A stretch of 64,000 nt of DNA. It comes from an uncultured Lachnospiraceae bacterium (GTDB lineage: Bacteria > Bacillota > Clostridia > Lachnospirales > Lachnospiraceae). A program made the translations under genes and the position numbers. Shown here in pieces: positions 1 through 5,136 of this stretch (positions are counted from its first letter, which is position 1; every line of letters begins with the position of its first letter). The notes under the pieces were generated by a model. It saw only the letters and a program-made list of their open reading frames with translations. It had not been told where the DNA came from and did not search any database. The stretch spans positions 18,626 through 82,625 of the forward strand of contig CAMNRH010000009.1 in NCBI GenBank assembly GCA_946552115.1, in the 5' to 3' direction.

Positions 1-842
1 TCTCCCAATGTTATATCTGACTGCCGGTATATCCCTTTAAACTGACATTTCCCACAGCTCGGCCGTATGATCGCCTTTTTCTTTAAAAAGGCCTGCATAA
101 ATTTATTTTCCTTTTCATCAACCTGTATCCAAATACCGTCTGAAAATTGAATCTTTGTCACAAACGGTGATTTTTTCCATCCATTTTTTTTATATTTAAA
201 CCAAATGTTCCGTACTTTTTTATTCTGTTCCTGTTCGATCTCTGAAATCCACGCCCGATATGCCTTTGGTGAATTAACACCCATACAGATAAAATCTACC
301 ATATACAAATTTGATTTCTCTTCCTCTTTTAAATATGCCTTTAATGCCGCTATTTGGCACGGCGTTCCGCAAAACAGGACTTCCTTTCCTTTATTCAAAT
401 ATTTTCTTATTTTTTTATATATGTCTTTTGAATCACTTTGCACATATTTTGATTGTCTTAACTGTTCTACACCCGATATATCTATAGCGACCCCATGCTC
501 AACCAGGCAATTCTCCGTATACTGCGCTCCTGAAACTACTCCGTCTGACCGGATGACCGACATTGCAAGCTCTGAAAAAATCCCTCCTGAAGTGCTTACG
601 AATCTTAGTTTCTCATCCTTGCTCCACGCGGCATAAACAACCGGTTCGACCGCCTTTTCTTTCACTTTTATCCTCTGGCCACAGATTGTTTTGCATTTGC
701 CGCATTCTATGCAGTCCCCGACAACATGGGGGTATAAGAATCCTTTTGCATCCTCTCTCATTTCTATTGCGTTCCGGGGGCATATATTTGCACAAACGCC
801 GCATCCTGTACACAATTCTCTTTCAATCCAAGATTCAATCAT
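1..842 (-). CDS. 4Fe-4S protein of the coenzyme F420 hydrogenase/dehydrogenase beta-subunit-like (FrhB/FdhB-like) family; C-terminus cut by the window edge
   Basis: It is absent from the ORF track because it runs off the window. My own translation from ATG at 842 (GGGAG upstream) stays open to position 1: MIESWIERELCTGCGVCANICPRNAIEMREDAKGFLYPHVVGDCIECGKCKTICGQ...VLFCGTPCQIAALKAYL...RPSCGKCQFKG. It has two ferredoxin-type Cys clusters followed by an FrhB-like core. Confidence 0.7.
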   Translation of the reverse strand, partial: MIESWIERELCTGCGVCANICPRNAIEMREDAKGFLYPHVVGDCIECGKCKTICGQRIKVKEKAVEPVVYAAWSKDEKLRFVSTSGGIFSELAMSVIRSDGVVSGAQYTENCLVEHGVAIDISGVEQLRQSKYVQSDSKDIYKKIRKYLNKGKEVLFCGTPCQIAALKAYLKEEEKSNLYMVDFICMGVNSPKAYRAWISEIEQEQNKKVRNIWFKYKKNGWKKSPFVTKIQFSDGIWIQVDEKENKFMQAFLKKKAIIRPSCGKCQFKGIYRQSDITLG

Positions 843-848
843 CTCTTA

Positions 849-1415
849 TTACTCCCATTCCACATTTTCTTTTATTATTTTTGCTGGAACTCCCGCAGCC
901 ATGCATCCTGGCGGTATATCTTTTGTCACCACGCTTCCGGCTGCAATAACACTGCCCTCGCCAATCGTCACTCCCTTTAGCACAGTTACCCTTGTCCCAA
1001 TCCAGACATGATCTCCAATGATAACCGGACTGCTTATACTTTTTCCGTTAATCTTATGGAAATCTGAATCCATAACCGTAAAGTCATGTGATATTGCACA
1101 CTTATTGCCAATCCGGATTTCTTTCCGGCATCTGATTTTGCAATCGCTGTTTATATAACTGTCTCTGCCTAATACAAGCGTTGCTCCCTGAAATAAAATA
1201 ATATCTGCCCCGTAATAAAATGAGAAATTTCCCTCTACCTCTAAAACGCTCCCTTTATCCATACGCAATATACTTGAACGCCCATTTTCTATCATTCTGT
1301 TTTCGCCTAAAACGAATGTTCCATTCAAATAAATGGCGGCACATTTATCCATCAAAATATAGTCTTCTACTGTTTTGTTTATTTTTGCATATGGGTTCAA
1401 TTTCACAACTTCCAT
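849..1415 (-). CDS. hexapeptide-repeat (left-handed beta-helix) O-acetyltransferase
   Basis: 188 aa with hexapeptide repeats, e.g. [48 protein letters not shown]. Its stop lies 7 nt before the next start, which suggests an operon. Confidence 0.8.
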   Translation of the reverse strand: MEVVKLNPYAKINKTVEDYILMDKCAAIYLNGTFVLGENRMIENGRSSILRMDKGSVLEVEGNFSFYYGADIILFQGATLVLGRDSYINSDCKIRCRKEIRIGNKCAISHDFTVMDSDFHKINGKSISSPVIIGDHVWIGTRVTVLKGVTIGEGSVIAAGSVVTKDIPPGCMAAGVPAKIIKENVEWE

Positions 1416-1444
1416 ATTACCATTCCTTATAAACTTACAAACCC

Positions 1445-1463
1445 GATAGCGTTTTACGCTATC
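1445..1463 (-). terminator. hairpin GATAGCG-N5-CGCTATC downstream of the secreted-protein gene
   Basis: Perfect 7-bp stem. On the minus strand it is followed by GGGTTTGTAAGTTTA, which is moderately T-rich. Confidence 0.45.
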
Positions 1464-1480
1464 GAGTCTGTATATCGCTT

Positions 1481-2497
1481 TTACTGTATTGCAAGCTCTT
1501 CTGTCACACCTGTGCTTAATGTTACCTGCAACTTTCCGCCTACATTTCCGCCAAGCATATCCGCATTAAAAGAAAGCGTTCCATCTTTAAAAGTATACTG
1601 AGTTGTTAGTGTAACTTCCCCGCCATTGGCCTTAATCATCTTTACGCCAGTAACGTTCGCGCCGGTTACTGTAACGCTGTTTGACGTCTTGCTGACAGCC
1701 GCAGCTGACAACGCAGAATCTCTATGCTCCGCATAGCTCCAGGTAACCTTGATTGCCGGGAAGTCCAGATCATCTCCCCATTTCGCATTCTTATTCAGCG
1801 CGCCTGTCATGTTAAATGAACATTCATTCCAATCTGTCAGGTCGGCCTCGTCTTTCAATGTATATTGATATCCGTCTGCCTCTGTATATCCCGCTTCATA
1901 ATTACCAGGTATGCCCGCAACCGTCGTCTTAATCGTAGCCGCGCCTGTGCCGGTAAGAGCCGCTGTCTTAGGATTTGAAGCCGCGCCGTCCGTAATCGCC
2001 AGATACAGTTTATTATCTTTATCCGCCGCGTCAAAGGTTGCGCTCTCCGCATATTTGATCGTGCTGTCCCCAGCTGCTTTCTGTTCCAGCTTCACTGTTA
2101 CGTCAATGTCCTGAGCGTTCTCATTTGTCAATGACAGCGCTGTGCTGTCTGCCGTATAGGTTTTTGCTCCGTCATCTGCCGTACTTGTCAGGAAGAAAAC
2201 GCCTGTCGTACCGATAAATGTGGAATTCGCGTATTTTTCGCCGCTTGTCGCTGCGATCAGTCCGTTCGGATCCGCAATATAGTCATAGGTTCCCTCCGGG
2301 ATTGTCGGAAGTGTTACGGAAAGCGTAGGATACTTCATCTCTCCGCCCTCATAGGTTCCTTCGCCTTCCCCAACTCCCGCTGTGGGCGCCGGATCTGTTC
2401 CTTCATCGCCTGTTTCTGATGCAAATACTGTCATCGTGCTTCCAATTACCATTACAGCAGTCAATGAAAGCGCCACAAATTTCTTATAATTTTTCAT
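1481..2497 (-). CDS. secreted protein of unknown function (signal peptide, Thr/Gly/Ala-rich, beta-rich)
   Basis: 338 aa. The N-terminus [30 protein letters not shown] looks like a Sec signal peptide. I recognise no catalytic motif. Confidence 0.65.
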   Translation of the reverse strand: MKNYKKFVALSLTAVMVIGSTMTVFASETGDEGTDPAPTAGVGEGEGTYEGGEMKYPTLSVTLPTIPEGTYDYIADPNGLIAATSGEKYANSTFIGTTGVFFLTSTADDGAKTYTADSTALSLTNENAQDIDVTVKLEQKAAGDSTIKYAESATFDAADKDNKLYLAITDGAASNPKTAALTGTGAATIKTTVAGIPGNYEAGYTEADGYQYTLKDEADLTDWNECSFNMTGALNKNAKWGDDLDFPAIKVTWSYAEHRDSALSAAAVSKTSNSVTVTGANVTGVKMIKANGGEVTLTTQYTFKDGTLSFNADMLGGNVGGKLQVTLSTGVTEELAIQ

Positions 2498-2533
2498 TCT
2501 GCCAATTCCTCCTCTTTTTTCATTTAAATGGAA

Positions 2534-3052
2534 TTACCCCTCAACTACTATTTCCAGGGTTACCCTCAAAGTGCTGAGCGTGTTCTGTTCCTCGTCTACC
2601 AGATGATAAATCACAACACAGTTATATGTACCTGCATCCAGCGGTTTTTCCAGTGCAATCTCCTCCAGACGCCCTCCCCTTGGTATTACCGGGGATTTAT
2701 ATAATACATTGTCTTCGTCGCCTTCCAGAACGATATCAAAATAGACGTCGTTCGTATTTTTCTCAACATTTTCCACCACCGCATCGTAAGATACAGCCTT
2801 TCCTGTTTCAAAATGCCATACAGGATTCATCGTAACGGTATAATATCCTGCCTCCTTTGCGTCATCCAGCTCCTCCAGCACACTCTCCACATTCTCAGGA
2901 GTAACGACGACATTGCGCCGTTCCTTTTCCGGCTCCGCATCCCGTGATAACAGAAGATAAATAATAATCCCAATTAATATTACAAGAATTGCAATACCAA
3001 TCCCTATTATAAAACCTCCCTTTCTTGTTTTTTTCTGCTTCTGCTTTCCCAT
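2534..3052 (-). CDS. N-terminally membrane-anchored protein of unknown function
   Basis: The ORF track gives 2534..3061. The ATG at 3052 is better spaced from the AGGAGG. The protein has a basic N-terminus, one TM helix (FIIGIGIAILVILIGIIIYLLL) and then a roughly 130-aa extracytoplasmic domain. Confidence 0.6.
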   Translation of the reverse strand: MGKQKQKKTRKGGFIIGIGIAILVILIGIIIYLLLSRDAEPEKERRNVVVTPENVESVLEELDDAKEAGYYTVTMNPVWHFETGKAVSYDAVVENVEKNTNDVYFDIVLEGDEDNVLYKSPVIPRGGRLEEIALEKPLDAGTYNCVVIYHLVDEEQNTLSTLRVTLEIVVEG

Positions 3053-3186
3053 TACGTCCATCCTCCTGAAAATTCTTTATATTCATTCCTGCAGTCTCCT
3101 GCCGAAACAAATACCTGCCGCCAAATTTTTAGCAGTTACTAAATGATGTATTCATGCAGCATTTCCTTTTAAATAAAATACATTGG

Positions 3187-3457
3187 TCATCCGTATTCCG
3201 GGATGATGCGGCCTTTCAGGACGCTTCGCTCCCCGTTACGTCATGATCTATCCATGTTCACGGGGTCCTGGCCTACCCAATACGCAGATTACGCATGATC
3301 TCTCACGCCCTCTCTGCCTTCTAATGCCGTTCTTTCTTTTTATATATGGCAGACACGCTGTAACGCTGCGCCCGCCTTATCATGAATCTTCCGTCTGGTC
3401 CTCTCCGGTAAAACCCCGGCTTTTTGCCGCGGTTTATCCAGACGGCTGTTCTTATGA
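3187..3457 (-). ncRNA. candidate omega-RNA (TnpB-associated guide RNA scaffold); boundaries uncertain
   Basis: Non-coding 3' flank of the TnpB-like gene, dense in hairpins on the minus strand. These are 3391-3398/3438-3445 (8 bp, enclosing the 3411-3435 hairpin), 3231-3236/3260-3265, 3208-3213/3219-3224 and 3187-3192/3201-3206. No credible ORF is present. The position matches where TnpB omega-RNAs are encoded. Confidence 0.4.
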
Positions 3458-4777
3458 TTATGATTGACAGAGGGCTCCATCCCCCTGCCCCCGCCTCATT
3501 ACATTGCGGGCGGTATTTTTTTTCTCCTCTGTCTCATAGCCGCATGAAGAACAAAAAAATCTGTTGTTCTGTTTTTCTCCCGCTGCTCCGCAGCGGCTGC
3601 ACTCGCTGCTGATATCCTTTCCCAGAACCTCCACAAGCCTTACCGACTGTTCTTTGCACTTCTGTGCAAGCCTCTTCCGAATATACCCTCTCTGCCACTG
3701 GGAAAGAGAATAATTAATCCTCTTATTCTTTCCTCCCCCCTGGGGCTTCGGCAGCTTTACAATATAGACAGTTCCCGGCTTTTCTTCCCGGAGAAAACGG
3801 TTCAGCTCCTGATTGATATAACCGTGCAGCCTTTCTTTCATACGCCGTTTCTTCGCATAATATTTCTTCCGTCCCGGATTTTCTTTCTTATTGCGGCTGT
3901 AGCTTTCCGCCTGCAGGCGAATCCACTCGGAATATCTGGTCTGGTAATCCCCCAGCTCCTCGCCGTAACGCCGTCCCTCATCGGTAGTCAGCATCGTGTA
4001 AAAACCAACCGCCACTCCCACCCGCTTCCGGTAATCCTCATGGCAGTGCACGGAAACTCTTACAGGAGCCTTTATTTCTATGCGGTTTTCCTCCGGATAC
4101 AGCTTCACATACAATTGAGCGCTGTACTGGTTACTATCCGTAAGCGGAATAAAAATCCGTTTCCTCTTTTCCTTTATGGAGATATAAATTCCATGGTCTG
4201 CATAACGATACGCCCGCTCCGCTATCGCAAAGCCGTCCGCCTTATCTGTATGGAGCTTCACATGATATTTTCTCACCTGTCTGCACAGATAACGGGACAT
4301 CTTTTCCGTATCTACTTTCTGCGCCAGCTCCTCATACTGTTTCTGAATTCTCGCGGTCAGTTCTATCGGTTTTTGGTTCAACGCCGCCTCAAACGCATTA
4401 TTTACTTTCAGCAGAAACCGTAAATAGTGCTTTTCCTTCTCCGTAAGAGTCTCGTTTTTACTGAGAAGCATTGTCAGCTTCGTCTTAGTCCTTGTCCATT
4501 GGCTCTTAATCTCGCCCAGTGCATCAAATATCGCAAGATAAAAATACACGGACGGCAAACCCAGCGTTTCCCGGAAACCGCTCTCTGTCATCTCATTTTG
4601 AACCGTATATCCCGGGTACAGCTTAGAAAGACCGGAAATACCTCCAAACCGGTTGTATACATAATTCTTTACCGTTTGGTAATCCTTTGCAATCTCCAGA
4701 AGCTTCTGCATATCTTCCTCTGGCACCGGCTTTTTATTATATTGATGAACGGTTTTACACACTCTGTCCGGAGACAT
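3458..4777 (-). CDS. TnpB-family (IS200/IS605 OrfB-like) protein with a substituted RuvC triad; candidate nuclease-dead RNA-guided DNA-binding protein (TldR-like)
   Basis: 439 aa from the ATG at 4777 (RBS AGAGGAAAGG). The three TnpB motifs are present in the canonical order. RuvC-I is RVGVAVGFYTMLTTDEG, with Ala (GCG, 4010-4012) where Asp is expected. RuvC-II is VYIVKLPKPQGGGKNKRINYSLSQWQRGYI, with Lys (AAG, 3755-3757) where Glu is expected. The zinc ribbon is CSRCG..FFCSSCG. RuvC-III is EEKKNTARNVMRRG, with Lys (AAA, 3521-3523) where Asp is expected. Confidence 0.75.
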   Translation of the reverse strand: MSPDRVCKTVHQYNKKPVPEEDMQKLLEIAKDYQTVKNYVYNRFGGISGLSKLYPGYTVQNEMTESGFRETLGLPSVYFYLAIFDALGEIKSQWTRTKTKLTMLLSKNETLTEKEKHYLRFLLKVNNAFEAALNQKPIELTARIQKQYEELAQKVDTEKMSRYLCRQVRKYHVKLHTDKADGFAIAERAYRYADHGIYISIKEKRKRIFIPLTDSNQYSAQLYVKLYPEENRIEIKAPVRVSVHCHEDYRKRVGVAVGFYTMLTTDEGRRYGEELGDYQTRYSEWIRLQAESYSRNKKENPGRKKYYAKKRRMKERLHGYINQELNRFLREEKPGTVYIVKLPKPQGGGKNKRINYSLSQWQRGYIRKRLAQKCKEQSVRLVEVLGKDISSECSRCGAAGEKQNNRFFCSSCGYETEEKKNTARNVMRRGQGDGALCQS

Positions 4778-4834
4778 CCTTTCCTCTCTTTCGAACAAAA
4801 TTAAAATATAAGCTGCCAGAATCCATGTAATTTC

Positions 4835-4854
4835 CCAAAAAGTGTAGTTTTTGG
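4835..4854. repeat. inverted-repeat arm R (CCAAAAAGTGTAGTTTTTGG)
   Basis: Perfect reverse complement of 4972..4991. The arm is itself a 7-bp hairpin with a 6-nt loop. It starts 2-3 nt downstream of the predicted -10. Confidence 0.85.
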
Positions 4855-4856
4855 GA

Positions 4857-4885
4857 ATTATTGATATCCAGAATTTTTCAGTCAA
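4857..4885 (-). promoter_or_regulatory. predicted sigma-A promoter of the TnpB-like gene (TTGACT-17-AATAAT)
   Basis: Minus strand: TTGACT (4885-4880), a 17-nt spacer, then AATAAT (4862-4857). Confidence 0.4.
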
Positions 4886-4971
4886 ATTAAATAAAAAAAG
4901 GGATTAATTTTATTGACGAATGGTCGATAATATAATAGAATAATTAAGAATTTGTGTTAAAGATACGCTTT

Positions 4972-4991
4972 CCAAAAACTACACTTTTTGG
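4972..4991. repeat. inverted-repeat arm L (CCAAAAACTACACTTTTTGG)
   Basis: Perfect 20-nt reverse complement of 4835..4854. It lies about 90 nt upstream of the predicted -35. Confidence 0.85.
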
Positions 4992-5042
4992 TCTTTTTTG
5001 CTTTAAGAAATAATTAAATTATATTTTATACTGGTATACAGC

Positions 5043-5087
5043 GGGGCTGCTGCAGAGATGGTTTCTAACCGTCCCTGCAGCAGCCCC
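5043..5087 (-). terminator. strong hairpin (13-bp perfect stem GGGGCTGCTGCAG/CTGCAGCAGCCCC) downstream of the oxidoreductase gene
   Basis: Stem arms are 5043-5055 and 5075-5087. There is no clean U-tract, so it is a probable terminator or insulator between the two transcription units. Confidence 0.5.
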
Positions 5088-5136
5088 CTGCTTCTATATC
5101 ATATCCATTTCCTGTTTTCGGCATGCAGAATTGTTT

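Noticed and set aside
3169-3178. A 10-nt identity (TTAAATAAAA on the plus strand) between the putative guide-proximal region and 4887-4896, just upstream of the -35 of the TnpB-like promoter. This could point to an autoregulatory target.
   Set aside because: The match is only 10 nt of pure A/T in two AT-rich spacers, so it is easily chance. Similar partial matches occur near 18160 and 38831. It needs a defined guide boundary and a statistical genome-wide search.
3062-3457. Whether the structured region could instead be a known riboswitch (c-di-GMP-I/II, cobalamin, SAM, ZTP) for the downstream envelope genes.
   Set aside because: I could not find the conserved cores of these classes, for example the GEMM GGCAAA/CGCAAAGCC elements, the B12 box or the ZTP pseudoknot motif. 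The position directly 3' of a TnpB homologue fits an omega-RNA better. This is not excluded without a covariance-model scan.
3824-4423. Long plus-strand ORFs lying antisense to the minus-strand genes. Examples: 3824..4423, 10140..10835, 12368..12955, 15915..16460, 21086..21715, 39217..39825, 49396..49950, 51607..52242, 52918..53718.
   Set aside because: They are shadow ORFs. They are fully nested in well-supported genes on the other strand. Their composition is low-complexity and Arg/Leu/Ser/Phe-rich. They have no RBS and no recognisable motifs.
4778-4885. A 36-codon N-terminal extension of the TnpB-like ORF in the track (MTEKFWISIIPKNYTFWEITW...).
   Set aside because: It translates the inverted-repeat arm and the promoter region and has no RBS. 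The Met at 4777 has a strong AGAGGAAAGG RBS, and the TnpB-like sequence begins there.
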